From the NCBI RefSeq assembly GCF_009914755.1, contig NC_060934.1: a DNA stretch of 64,000 nucleotides, one strand, 5' to 3'. The notes beneath the pieces were generated by a model that worked only from the letters and a program-made list of their open reading frames with translations, made no database searches and was not told the origin of the DNA. Each line of letters starts with the position of its first letter. Positions within the stretch are counted from its first letter, which is position 1. This DNA comes from the human T2T-CHM13v2.0 reference genome, Homo sapiens. Both the position numbers and the translations under genes were made by a program. This document shows, piece by piece, positions 14,341-28,009 of the stretch.

Positions 14341-17300
14341 TTTGTGATATGTGAATTCATCTCACAGAGGTAAATTTTTCTTTTGATTCACCAGGTTCAA
14401 AACACTTTTTTTGGAGAATCTGCAAAGGGACATTTGGGAGTCCATTGATGACTATGGGGAAAAGTCAAATATTTGCAGATAAAAACTTGGAAGAAAGTAT
14501 CTATGAAACTGCTTTGTGAAGGTGATTCATTTCACAGAGTTTAACTTTTCTTTTGATTCAGCATGTTGGGAGTGCTCTTTTTGGAGAATAGTCAAAGAAA
14601 TATTTGAGAGCCCTTTGAGTCCTATGAGGGAAAAACTGAATATCCCGAGATAAAAACTAGAAATAAGCTATCTATGAAACTGCTTTTTGATTTCTAGATT
14701 CATCTCACAGAGTTAAACCTTTCTATTGATCCAGCTGGTTGGAAACACTCTTTTTCTAGAATCTGTGAAGGGACTTGTGGGAGCTTATTGAGGCCTATGA
14801 AGAAAAACAGAATATTCCCAGATAAAAACTAGAAATAAGCAATCTGTGAAACTGCTTTGTTATGCGTGGATTCATCTCACAGAGTTAAAACTTCGTTTTG
14901 ATTCAGCAGTTTGAAAACAATATTTTTAAAGAATCTGAGAAGGGACATTGGAGAACCCATTGAAACCTTTGGGGAAAAACTTAGTATCCCAGATAAAAAC
15001 CGGAATAAAGTTATCTGTGAAAGTGCGTTGTCACTTGTGAACTTATCTGACAGAGTTAAACCTTTCTTTTGATTCAGCATTTTGTAAACACTATTTTTAG
15101 GGAATCTGCATAGAGACATTTTGGAGCCAATGGAAGCCTATGGGGAAAAAAGGAATATCCCAAGATAAAAACTAGAAAGTAGGTATCCATCAAACTGCTT
15201 GGTGATTTGTGGATTTATCTCACATAGTTCAAACATTCTTTAGGTTGAGCAGGTTGGAAAAACTTTTTTTAGAATATGGAAAATAATATTTTGAAGGCAT
15301 TTGAGGCCTAGAGGGTAAAACTGAATATCCCCAGATAAAAACTAGAAAGAAGTTATCTGATAAACTGATTTACGATGTGTGGATTCATCTCACAGAGTTA
15401 AAACTTTCTTTTGATTCAGCATGTTGGAAAGTACCTTTTTAGAGAATCTGTGTAGGAACATTTGGAAACCCAGTGATGCCTACTGGGAAAAACCAAATAT
15501 TGCCAGATAAAACATAGGAAGAAGCTATCTGTGAAACAGCTTTGTGATGTGTGGATGCATCTTACAGAATTAAACCTTTCTTTTGATTCAGGAGGTTGGA
15601 AACACTGTTTTGGAGAATCTGTGAGGGGACATTTTTGAGCCCATCGAGGCCTATGGGGAAAAACTGAATATCCTGAGGGAAAAAACTAGAAAGAAGCTAT
15701 CTGTGAAACTATCTGTGAAACTAGAAAGGAGTTATTTGTGAAACATCTGTGATGTGTGGATTCATTTAAGAGAGTTAAACCATTGTTTTGTTTCAGCACG
15801 TGGTAAACCCTCTTTTTGGAGAATATAAGAAAGGGTATTTAAGAGCCCACTGAGTCCTATAGGGAAAAACAAAATATCCCCAGATAAAAACTATAAAAAA
15901 GCCATAAGTAAAACTGCTTTGTGACGTGTGCATTTATCTAACAGTGTTAAGCCTTTTTTTTATTCAGCAGGTTGGAAACAGTCTTTCTGGAGAATCTGTG
16001 AATAAACATTTGGAGTACATCAAGGCCTATGAGGAAAAGTGGAATATCCCCAAATAAAAACTAGAAAGAAGCTATCTCTGAAAACTGATTTGTGATGTGT
16101 GTATTCATCACACAGAGTTACACCTTTCTTTTGATTTGGCATGTAGGAAACACTCTATTTGGATAATCTGTGAAGGGACATTTGGGAGCACGTTGAGGTT
16201 TATAGGTAAAAACACTATATCCCAAGATAGAAAGTAGAAAGAAGCTATCTGTGAAACTGCCTCATGATGTGTGGATTCCTCTCAGAGAGTTAAACCTTTG
16301 TTTTGATTCAGCAGGTTGGAATCACTCTTTCTGCAGAATCTGTGGGGGGACATTTGGGAGCATTGAGGCCTACAGGAAAAAGCTGAATATCCCCAGATAA
16401 AAACTAGAAAGAATCTATCTGTTAAAGTGCTTTGTTATGTGTGGATTTATCTCACAGAGCTAATACTTTCTTTTCATTCATCAGGTTGGAAACACTCTTT
16501 TTGTTGAACCTGTGAAGTGATATTTGGGAGCCCATTGTGGATTATAGGGAAAAACAAAATATACCCAGATAAAAATTAGAAAGAAGCGATCTTGAAACTT
16601 CTTTGTGATGTGTGCATTCATCTCATAGTGTTAAAGCATTCTTTTGCTTCAGCAATTTGGAACACTTTTTTTTTGAGAATCTCTGATGGGACATTTAGGA
16701 GCCCACTGACGCCTAGGTTAAAAGCCTAACATACTTAAATAAAAACTAGAAAAAAAGCTATCTGTGAAACTGCTTTGTGATGTGTGGATTATTCTCACAG
16801 AGTTATAACTTCCTTTGATTCAACAGGGTGGAAACACACCTTTCAGAGAATCTGCTAAGTGACATTTGGAAGCCCATCGAACCCTATAGGGAAATATCAA
16901 ATATCCCTAGATAAAAACTAGAAAGAAGCTATCTGTGAAAGTCCTTCATGATGTGTGGGTTCATCTCAAAGAATTAAAGCTTTTTTTAAATTTAGTAGCT
17001 TGGAAACACTCTTGGAGAATCTGCTAAGGGACATTTTGGAGCCCATTGAGGCCTATGGAGAAAAGCTGAATATCCCCAGATCAACACTAGAAAGTAGCTA
17101 TCCATGAAACTGCATAGTGATTTGTGGATTCATCTCATAGAGTTAAAACTTTCTTTTGATTTAGCAGGTTGGAAACACTCTTTTTGGAGAATCTGTGAAG
17201 AGATATTTGGGATCCCGTTGAAACCTAAAGGGAGAAAAGGAGTATACCCAGATAAAAACTAGATATAAGCTATCTGTGAAACTTCCTTGTGATGTGCGGA

Positions 17301-20300
17301 TTCATCCCACAGAGATAGACCTTTCTATTGATTCAGTAGTTGGGAAACATTGTTTTTACAGATTCTACGGAGAGACATTTGGGAGCCCTTGGTGGCCTAA
17401 ATGGAAAAACCAACAATCCCCAGATAAAAACTAGTAAGAAGCTATGTGTGTAACTATTTTGTGAAGTGGGGATTCATCTCAAACAGTTAAACCTTTGTTT
17501 TTATTCAGTACTTTGGAAACATTCTTTTTGGAGAATCAGTGAAGGGACATTTTGGAGCCCATTGAGTCCTTTGGGGTAAAACTGAATATCCTCAGAAAAA
17601 AATAGTAAGAAGCTCTCTCTGAAACTGCTTTGTAATGTGCAGATTCATCTCACAGAGATAAAACTCTTTTTTTGTTTCAGCAGGTTGGAAACCCTCTTTT
17701 TGGAGAATATTTAAACGCACATTTGAGAGTCCATTTATGTGTTTAAGAAAAAACTGTATATCCCCAGAAAAAAAGCTAGAAAGAAGATATATATGAACTT
17801 TCCTTGTATTGACTCATTTCAAAGAGTTACTCTTTTTCTTTGATTCAGCACGTTGGAAACACTCCTTTTGGAGAATCTGTGAAGAGACATTTGGGAACCC
17901 ATTGAGACGTATGGTGAAAGAGAAAATTTCTCGAGATGAAAAGTAGAAATAAGCAATCTGTGAAACTGCTTTGTGATGTGTATGTTCATCTCACAGAAAT
18001 AAAACTTTCTTTTGATTTAGCATTTTGGAAACACTTTTTTGGAGAATCTGTGAAGGTACATTTTGGAGCCCATGGAGTCCTGTGGGGAAAAACCAAATAT
18101 CCACAGATAAAAGCTAGAAAGAAGCTATGTGTGAAACAACTTTGTGATGTGTGGATTTATCTCACAGAATTCAACCTTTCTTTTGATTCAGCAGTTGGAA
18201 ACACTGTTTTTGGAGATTATGTGAATGGACATTTTGTAGCTGACTGAAGTATATGCGTAAAAATTGGATAACCCCAGATAAAAACTAGAAAGACATATAT
18301 GTAATATTGCTTTGTGATGTGTATATTCATCTCACAGAGTTAATATTTTTTTACTCAGCTGGTTGAAAACAATCTTTTTGGAGAATCTGTGAAGGAACAT
18401 TTGGGAGCCTATTAAAGACTATGGATGATAACCAAATATTCCCAGATAGAAAATAAAAAGAAGCTATCTTTGAAATTGATGTGATATGTGGATTCATCTC
18501 AAAGAGTCAAACTTTTCTTTTGATTCAGCAGGCTGAAAACCCTCTTTTTGTAGAACTATGAAGGGACATTTGTGAAGCCTCTGGAGAAAAACTGAATATC
18601 CCCAGATAAAAACCAGAAAGAAGTCATTCGTGAAATTGCTTTGTGATGTGTGCATTCCTCTTACACAGTTAAACCTTTGTTTTGATTCAGGAGATTTGAA
18701 ACATTCTTTTTGGAGAAACTGCGAAGGGACATATGGGAGCCCATTGAGGACTCTGCAGAAAAACCAAGTGACCCCAGAGATAACCTAGAAAGTAGCTATC
18801 TGTGAAACTGCTTTGAGATGTGTGGATTCATCTCACAGAGTTTAACTTTTCTTTTGATTCAGCAGTTTGGAAACATATTTTTGGAGAATTTGCAAACGGA
18901 CCTTTGAAAGCCCATTGATGCCTATGGGGAAAAACTGAATATTCCCAGATAAAAACTAAAAAGAAGTTATCTGTGAAACTTCTTTGTGATGTGTGGATTC
19001 ATCTCACAGAGCTAAACATTTTTTTTGATTCACCACATTGGAAATGCTTTTTCTGAAGAATCTGCAAAGGGACATTTGGGAGCCAATTTAGGCCAATGGG
19101 GAAAAAAATCCGCAGATAAAAACTAGAAAGAAGCTATCTGTGAAACGATTTGTGATGTGTGGATTTCTCTCATACAAGTAAAACTGCCTTTTAATACATC
19201 AGGTTGGAAACACTGTTTTTGGATATTCTGTGAAGAGACATGTAAGAGCCCATTGAGGCCTATGGGGAAAAACCGATTATCCAGATAAAAACTGGAATGA
19301 AGCTATCTGTGAAACTGCTCTCTGAGGTGTAAATTCATCTCACATTGTTGAAACATTTTTTTAATTTCATAGGTAGGAAATTAAATTTCCATATCCATTT
19401 TGGAAAATCTGTGACAGGACATTTGGGAACCCATTTGGGCCTCTGGGTAGAAACCAAATATCTGCAGACAAAAAATAGAAGGAAGCTATCTGTAAAACTG
19501 CCTTGTGATGTGTACATTCAACTCCCAGAGTTAAAACTTTCTTTTTATTCAGCAGGTAAGAAACACTATTTTTGGAGAATCTACAAAGGACATTTTGGAG
19601 CCCATTGAGGCAAATGGTGAAAAACTGAGAATCCTAAGATAAAAATTTAAAGAAGCTATCTATGAAAGCTCTTTGTGATGTGTGAATTCATCATACAGAA
19701 TACAACATTTCTTTTGATTCAGCACGTTGGAAGCACATCATTTTGGAGAATCTGTGAATGGACTTTTAAGAGCCCATTGAGGCCTATGGGGAAAAGCGAA
19801 ATATCCCCAGATAAAAACTAGAAAGAAGCTATCTGTGAAACTACTTTCTGATGTGTCAATTCATCTCACAGATTTAACCCTTTCTTTTGACTCAGGAGGT
19901 TGGAAACACATCTATTTGGAGAATCTGTAAAGGGACACTTGAAAGCCCATTGAGGCCTTTGGGGAAAAAGTGAAAATCCCCAGATAAATACTAGAAAGAA
20001 GCTATCTGTGAAACTTCTTTGTGAAGTGTGGATTCATCTCACAGTTTCAAAAATTCCTTTTGGTTCAGCAGGTTGGAAACACTCTTTTTGAAGTATGTGC
20101 GAAGGGTCATTTGAAAGCCCATTGAGGGCTATGGGGAACAATGAATATTACCAGATGGAAATTAGAAAGAACCTATGTGTGAAACTTATGTGATGTGATG
20201 TGTGGATTCACATCATAGAGTTAAAACTTTCTTATGATTCACCTGGTTGGAAACACTCATTTTGGCGAATCTGTGAAGGGACATTTAAAAGCCCATTGAG

Positions 20301-23300
20301 GCCTATGGGGAAAAACAGAATGTCTCCAGATAAAAAAAATAGAAAGAAGATATCTGTGAAAATATTTTGTGATGTGTGGATTCATCTTACAGAGATAAAC
20401 CAATTCCTTTGATTCAGCAGGTTAAAGACACTCTTTTTAGTGAATCTGTGATGGAATATTTGGGAGCCCATTGAGGCTTACAGGGAAAAATCTAATATCC
20501 CAAGATAGAAACTCAAAGAAGCTACGTGAGAAACTGATATGGTGTGTGGATTCATCTCACAGAGTTAAAACATTCTTTTGATTCAGCAAATTGGAAGCAC
20601 TCTTTTTGGAGAATCTGCAATAGGAAACTTTGGAGCCCATTGAGGGCTATGGGGAACAGCCGAATATCCACAGATAAAAACTAGAAAGAATCTATCTGAA
20701 ACTGCTTTGCGATTTGTGGAAACATCTTTCAGATTTAAAATTTTCTTTTGATTCAACAGGATGGAAACATTTCTTTTTGGAGGATCTGAGAAGGGACATT
20801 TGGGAGCCCATTGAGGCCTATGGGAAAAAATTGAATATCCCCAGCTAAAAACTAGAAAGAAGCTACCTCTGAAACAACTTTGTGATGTGTGGACTCTTAT
20901 CACAGAGTTAAAACAGTCTTGTGACTCAGCAGTTGGAAATATTCTTTTTGGAGAATCTGTGAAGGGATATTTAGGAGCTCATGGAGGACTATGGGAAAAA
21001 AAATCCCCAGGTAAAAATTAGAAAGAAGCTATCTGTGAAACTGCTTTTCAGTGATTTGTGGATACATCTCATAGAGTTAAAACTTTCTTTTGATTCAGCA
21101 GGATGTAAACACTCTTCAGAAAATCTGCAAAGGAATATTTTGCAGCCCATTGAGGCCTAGGGCAAAAAAAACGAATATATCCTGATAAACACTCCAAAGA
21201 AGCTAGCTGTGAAACTATTTTGTGATGTGTGGATTTAGCTCAGATAGCTAAACCATGCTTTTGAATCAGCAGGTTGGAAACACTTTTTGGAGTATCTACG
21301 AAGGGACATTTGGGAGCCCATTTTGGCCTATGGAAAAAAACCCGAATATCCCCAGATAAAATCTACAAAGAAACTATCTGTGAAACTGTTTTGTGTTGCA
21401 TGCATTCATCTCACAGAGTTAAACGTTACTTTTGACTCAGCTAGTTGAAAACACTCCTTTTAGAGAATCTGTGAAAAAATATTTGGGAGCCCATTGAGGC
21501 CTATGTGGAAAAATAGAATATCCTAAGGTAGAAAATTGAAAGAAGCTATGTGTGAAACTGATGCGACGTGTGGATTCATTTCACAGAGTTAAGCCTTTCT
21601 TTTGGTTCAGCAGGTTGGAAACACTTTTTGGAAAATTTGTGAATGGACAATTGGCAACCCATTGAGGTCTATGGGACAAAACAAAGTATACCCAGATAAA
21701 AACTAGAAAGAAATTATCTGTGAAATTTCTTTGTGATGGGTGGATGCATCTTACAGTGTTAATCCCTTCTTTTCATTCAGCAGGTTTGAAACACATCTTT
21801 TTGGAGAACATGCAAAGAAATATTTGGGAGCCCAATTAGGTCTATGGGACAAAACTGAATACTCCCAGAGAAAAACTAGAAAGAAGCTATCTGTGAAACT
21901 GCTTTTTGATGTGTGGATTCATCTCAGAGAGTTAAGACTTTTTTTTGATTCAGGAAGTTGAAAACACTGTTTTTGGAGAATCTGTGAATGGACATTTTGG
22001 ACCCCTTTGTTGCCTATGTGGAAAAATACAATATGTGATGTTTGGATTCATGTCAGAGAATTAAATCTTCCTTTAGACTCAGTTGGTTGGGAACATTGTC
22101 TTTGCAAAATGTGTGAAGGAAAATTTTGGATCCCATTGAGGCCTATGGGGAAAAATGGAATATCCACAGATAAAAACTAGAAAGAACTATTTGTGAAACT
22201 GCTTTGTGAAGTTTGGGTTGATCTCTTTGAGATAAACATTTCTTTTGATTCAGCAGGTTGAAAACTCTTTTTGGAGAATCTGCAAATAGACATTTTGGAA
22301 CACCTTGTAGCCTATGGGGAAAAACCAAATATCCTCATAAAAAAACTAGAAAGACGCTAACTGTGAAACTACTTTATAATGTGTACATTCATCTCACAGA
22401 GTTAAAGCTTTTATTGATTCAGAAGGTTAGAAACATTCTTTTTGGAGAATCTGTTAAGGGACATTTAGGAGCCAATATAACCTACAGTGAAAAGCTGAAT
22501 ATTCCCAGATCACCATAGCTATCCGTGAAAGTGCTTTATGAGGTGTGGACTCATCTCTCAGAATTAAAACTTTCTTTTGATTCAGCAGGTTGGAAACACT
22601 GTTTTAGGAGAAACTGTGAAGGGACATTTGGGAGTTCATTTAGGCCCATGGGAAAAACTGAGTATCCCCAGATAAAAAGTAGAAAGAAACAATCTGTGGA
22701 ACTCTTTTGTGATGTGTGGATTCATCTCACCAAGTTAAAATTTCCCTTTGATTCAACAGGTTGGAAACATATTTTTTTGAAGAATCTGAGAATAGATATT
22801 TGGGAGTTTATTTAGGCTTATGTGAAAAACCCAATATCACCAGGTACAAACAAGAAAGATGCCATCGGTGAAACTGCTTTGTGATGTGTGGATTCATCTC
22901 GCAGAGTTAAACATTTCTTTTGATACTGCAGGTTGGAAACAGTCTTTGTGGAAAATCTGTGATGGGACATTTAAGAGCCCTTTTAGGTCTATGGGGCAAA
23001 ACGGAATATCCCCAGATAAAAACTAGGAAGAAGCTATTTGTGAAACTGCTTAGAGATATGTGGATTCATCTCACAGAATTTACCCTTTCTTTTGACTCAG
23101 GAGGTTAGAAACACTTCTATTTGGAGAATCTGCAAAGGGACATTTGAAAAGCCATTGAGGCCTATGGGGAAATACTGAAAATGTTTTGTGATATGTGGAT
23201 TCATCTCACAGAGTTAAACCTTTCCTTTGATTCAGCAGGTTGGAGACACTTTTTTGAGAATATATGAAGGGATATTTGGGAGCCCATTTTAGCCTATGGA

Positions 23301-26300
23301 AGGAAAACGAATATGCCCAGAAAAAAAACTACAAAGAAGCTATCTGTGTAACTGCTTGGTGATCTGTGAATTTATCTCTCAGAGTTAAACCTTTCTTTTG
23401 ATTCAACAGATTGGAAACATTCTTTTGGTAATATTTGTGAAGGAACATTTGGGAGCCCATTGAGGCCTATAAGGAGAAGCCGAATATTTTCAGATAAAAA
23501 CTGGAAAGAAACCACCTTTAAAACTGCTTTGTGATGTGCGGATTCAGCTCACAGAATTAAAACTTTCTATTGATTCAGCAGGTTGGAAACACTTTATTCA
23601 TAGAATCTGTGAAATGATATTTTTGAGTCTAATGAAGCCTAATGGAAAAAAAACTGAATTTTCTCAGATAAAAACTTGAAAGAAGCTATCTGTGAAACTA
23701 CTTTGTGATGTGTGGATTCATCTCAGAGAGTTAAACCATTCTTTTGACTTAGCAGGTTGGAAACCCTTTTTGGAGAATATACGAAGGGATATTTTTGAAC
23801 CCATTGTAACCTATGGAAAAAAAAAACAATTATCCCCAGATAAAAACTAGAAAGAATCTATCTGTGAAGCTGATTTATGATGTGTGGATTCATCTCACAG
23901 AGTTAAACCATTCTTTTGATTCAGCAGTTTGGAAATACTCTTTTTTGGAGAATCTGTGAGTGGACATTTGGAAGCCCACTGAGGCCTACTTGGAAAAACT
24001 GAATATCTCCAGATGAAAACTAGAAAGAAGCCATCTGCAAAACTTGTTTGTGATGTGTGGATTCGTCTCACAGAGCTAAACCTTGCTTTTGATTCAGCAT
24101 GTTGGAAACACTCTTTGTGGAGAATCTACAAAGGGACATATGGGAGGACTTTGAGGACTATGGGGAAAATCAATATCCCCAGAAAAAAACTGAAAAGAAG
24201 CCATCTGTTAAACTGCTTTGTGATGTGTGGATTAACCTCACGGTATTAAATGTGTCTTTTTATTCTGCAGGTTTGAAACATGCTTCTTCTAGAATCTACA
24301 AAGTGACATATGGGAACTCATAGGGCCTATATCGAAAAAATGAATATCCTCAGATAAAAACAAGAAAGAAGGTCTCTGTGAAACTGCTTTATGATGTGTG
24401 GATTCTTTTCACAGACTTAAAATTTTCTTCTGTTCAGGAGGTTGTAGTAGCCCATTGAGGCCTATGTTGAAAAACAGAATATCCCCAGATAAAACTAGAA
24501 AGAAGACATCTGTGAATCTTCTTTGTGATGTGTGGATTCATCTTACAGAGTTAAACCTTTGTTTTGATTTAGCAGGTTGGAAACACTCTTTTTGGAGAAT
24601 CTGAAAAGGTACAGTTGGGAACTCATAGTTGACTACAAGGATAGATCAAATATCCTCAGATAAAAATTAGAAAGAAGCTATCTGTGAAATTGCTTGGTAA
24701 TGTGTGGATTCATCTTGCAAAGTTAAATATTATTTTTAACTCAGCAGGTTGGAAAGACTCTTTTTGTAGAACATGCAAAGGAACATGAGGGAGCCCACTG
24801 AGGCTTAGAGGAAAAATAGAATACCCCCAGAGAAAACTAGAAGGAAGCTATCTGTGAAATTGGTTTGTGATGTCTGGATTCATCTCACAGAGTTAAAACT
24901 TTCTTTTGAATCAGCAGGTTGGAGACACTATTTTACTAGAATCTCAAAGGTACACTTGGAATCTCATTGAGGCCTATGGGGAAAAACAGAATATCCCCAG
25001 AGAAAAAGTAGAAAGAGATTATCTGAGAAACTGCTTTGTGATGTGTAGATGTATCACACAGAATTAAATATTTCATTTCATTCAACAAGTTGGAAAGGCT
25101 CTTTCTGGAGAATCTGAGAAGGGACATTTTGGAGCCCTTTGAGATCTATGGGGAAAAACTGAATATCCCCAGATATAAACTAGAAACAAGCTGTCTGTGA
25201 AACTTTCTTGTGATGTGTGGATTCATCTTACAGAATTAAACCTTTCTATGATTTAGCAGGTTAGAAACATTCTTGTTGGAACATCAGCAAAAGGACAGTT
25301 TGTAGCCCATTGAGGCCTATGAGGAAAAACCAAATATCCCCAGATAAACACTAGAACGAAGCTATCTGTGAAAGTGCTTTGTGATGTGTGGATTCATCTC
25401 ACAGACTTAAGACTTTCTTTTGATTCAACAGTTTGGAAATACTCTTCGGAGAATATGCGAAGGGACAGTTAGGAGCCCATTGAGGTCTATGAGAAAAAAG
25501 CAAATATCCCTGGTAAAACCTATAAAGAAATTATCTGTGAAATGGCTTTGTGATGTGTGGATTCATCTAACAGAATTAAACTTTTCTTTTGATTCAGCAG
25601 GTTGGAAATACTGTTTTTGGAAAATCTGTGAAGGGACATTTGGGAGCCCATTGAGGCCTATGGGGAAAACTGAATATCTCCAGATAAAAACTAGAAAGAA
25701 GCTATCTTTGAAACTGGTTTGTCATGGGAAGATTCATCTCAGAGGGTTACCCTTTCTTTCGATTCAGCAGGTTGGATATGCTTTTTTAGAGAATCTGCAA
25801 AAGATGTTTTCAATCCCATTGAGGCCTGTTGGAAAAATCGAATACCCCTAGATGAAAACTAGAGAGTACCTATCTGTGCAACTCATTTGTGATGTGTGGA
25901 TTCATCACACAGACGTAAAACTTTGTTTTGATTCAGGAGGTTGGAAACAGACATTTTGAAGAATCTGCAAGGAAACTTTTGGGAGTCATTGAGGCTTATG
26001 AGTAAAAAGTGAATATCCCTAGATAAAAAATAACAACAAGCTACCAGTGAAACTGGTTTGTGTTGTTTGGATTCATCTCATAGATTTAAATCTTTCTTGT
26101 GATTCAGCTAGTTGGAAACACTTTTTTTTTTTTTGGATAATTATTGAAGGGATATTTGGGAGCCCTTTGAGTCCCATGAGGTAAAACAGAATATCCCCAG
26201 GTAGAAACTAGAAAGCATCTATCTGGGAACTGCTCTGTGATGTGTGGATTTATCTCACAGAGTTCAAACTTTCTTTTCATCAAGCAGGTTGGAAACTCTT

Positions 26301-27095
26301 ATTTTGCAGAATCTTCTAAGGGGTAATTTGGAGCCTGTCGTGGCCTATATGTAAAAACCGAATATTTCCAGATGAAAAATACAAAGGAACAATCTGAGAA
26401 ACTGCTTTGTTATGTGTGGATTCATCTCACAGAGTTAAATCTTTCTTTTGATTCCTCAAGTTGAAAACTCTCTTTTGGAGAATTTGCAAAGGGACACATG
26501 TGATCTCATTAAGGCTGATGGGTAAAAACCAAATATCACCAGATTAATAAAAGAAAGAAGCTATCTGTGAAACTGCTTTGAGCTGTGTGGATTCATCTCT
26601 CATAATTAAACCTTTCTTTTGATTCAGCAGGTTGGAAACACTTTTTTGGAGAGTTTGCAAAAAGACATTTGGGAGATGATTAAATCCTATAAGTTAAAAT
26701 CGAATACCCCCAGATGAAAACTAGAACAAAGGTATCTGTGAAACTTCTTTGAATGTGTGGATTCCTCTCAAAAGAGTTAAACCTTTGTTTTGATCCAGCA
26801 GATTGGAAACATAATTTTTGTAGAATCTGTGAAGGGACATTCGGGAGCCCATTGACATCTATAATTAAAAACAAATATCCCCAGATAAAAACTAGAAAAA
26901 AGCTATCTGTGAAACTGCTTTCTGATGTGTTGATTCGTCTCACAGATTTAAATTTTCTTTTGATTCAGCAGGTTGGAATCACTCTTTTTGGAGAATCTGC
27001 GAAGGGACATTTGAGACTCCATTGAGGCCTATGGGGAAAAATCAAATATTTACAGGTAAAACCTAGAAAGAATCTGTCTGTGAAACTGCTTTGTG
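14341..27095 (+). repeat. Monomeric alpha satellite
   Basis: Same ~171-bp monomer in + orientation, with occasional partial-monomer deletions and duplications (e.g. ~15700, ~22035, ~23175, ~24445). Confidence 0.97.
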
Positions 27096-27220
27096 TGTAG
27101 CACTCATCAGACCCAACACCAGATTGTGGGCATGATGACGTCTGTCAGAGTGAATGGAATGAGAAAAAGACATGCAAGCCCTGCCTCAGCTCCTCCCAAC
27201 ACTTAGCTTTTCTCCCACCA
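27096..27220 (-). repeat. 3' LTR (LTR14A-like), internally deleted to 125 bp
   Basis: Aligns to both ends of the 29720-30066 LTR (atcagacccaa..., gcctcagct...cccaacac...agcttttctccca) but lacks the ~220-bp middle. Confidence 0.88.
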
Positions 27221-27237
27221 TGCCCCCCTTCGTTTTT
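27221..27237 (-). promoter_or_regulatory. Polypurine tract of the HML-1-like provirus
   Basis: The minus strand reads aaaaacgaaggggggca immediately before the TG of the 3' LTR. Confidence 0.8.
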
Positions 27238-28009
27238 GTAAAAACTACCAAAGCTGTCATTATTATTATCATAAGGTGTCCTTGTTTTTAAATTAATTGA
27301 GTAAGACAATTGCAGGCTGTCCAGCCCTTAATTGCCAGTTGATGATCCAGCTTCATTTTTCTTAGCCCTTATTCAAAATGGAGTCTCTGGTTTGAATGCT
27401 TCCTATATATCTCCCCTTTCCCTTTTACAAGAGGACCCTTAATCCTAGGGGTTGCAGGAGGATGAAGGTCCATCTTCTGTAACTTCTTCATGCTGAATAG
27501 GGGCATTGATACTCCTGCCTACATATTTGTGTCTCTTGTATTCAGGGTAGAGAGGAGTTCAGTAAGAAAACATTGGTCTGTCAAGCGTCTGTAGGTAAAA
27601 TCTTGCATTCCAGTGGTTTCTCAGCATGGCTCATACTGGGGAAACCCGGTCCATGGTTGGGATCCATGGGTCCTTCCAGTCTCCTGTTCCATGGTCATAC
27701 ACGTCTTGAGGGCATCTACATGGTTTGTTTATCTTCTGCAAAAACACAAGCATACCCTCACCCTCACGTTAGTAAATCTACTGAAACAAAAGCAAAAGCT
27801 TTGCTGGCTGTAGCCTGGAGGCATGCCATTGCTGAAGCATTTGTAACTCAGCTTCTGCCTCTTTGGTTAATTACTGCAGGGTAAGACTTACCATTGATAA
27901 TGAGAAGCAGGCCCCTTCTAACAGAAGGCACAGAGAAACCAAATCAAGGCTTAAAAGCAATCATTAAACCTCCTATTTGCCCTGTACAGTTGGGTCCACT
28001 AGATGCTGT

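Noticed and set aside
405-27025. Many 60-140 aa ORFs with recurring peptides ([40 protein letters not shown])
   Set aside because: These are chance translations of the 171-bp (57-codon) satellite monomer, broken at random, with no gene structure. The same applies to such ORFs throughout the window.
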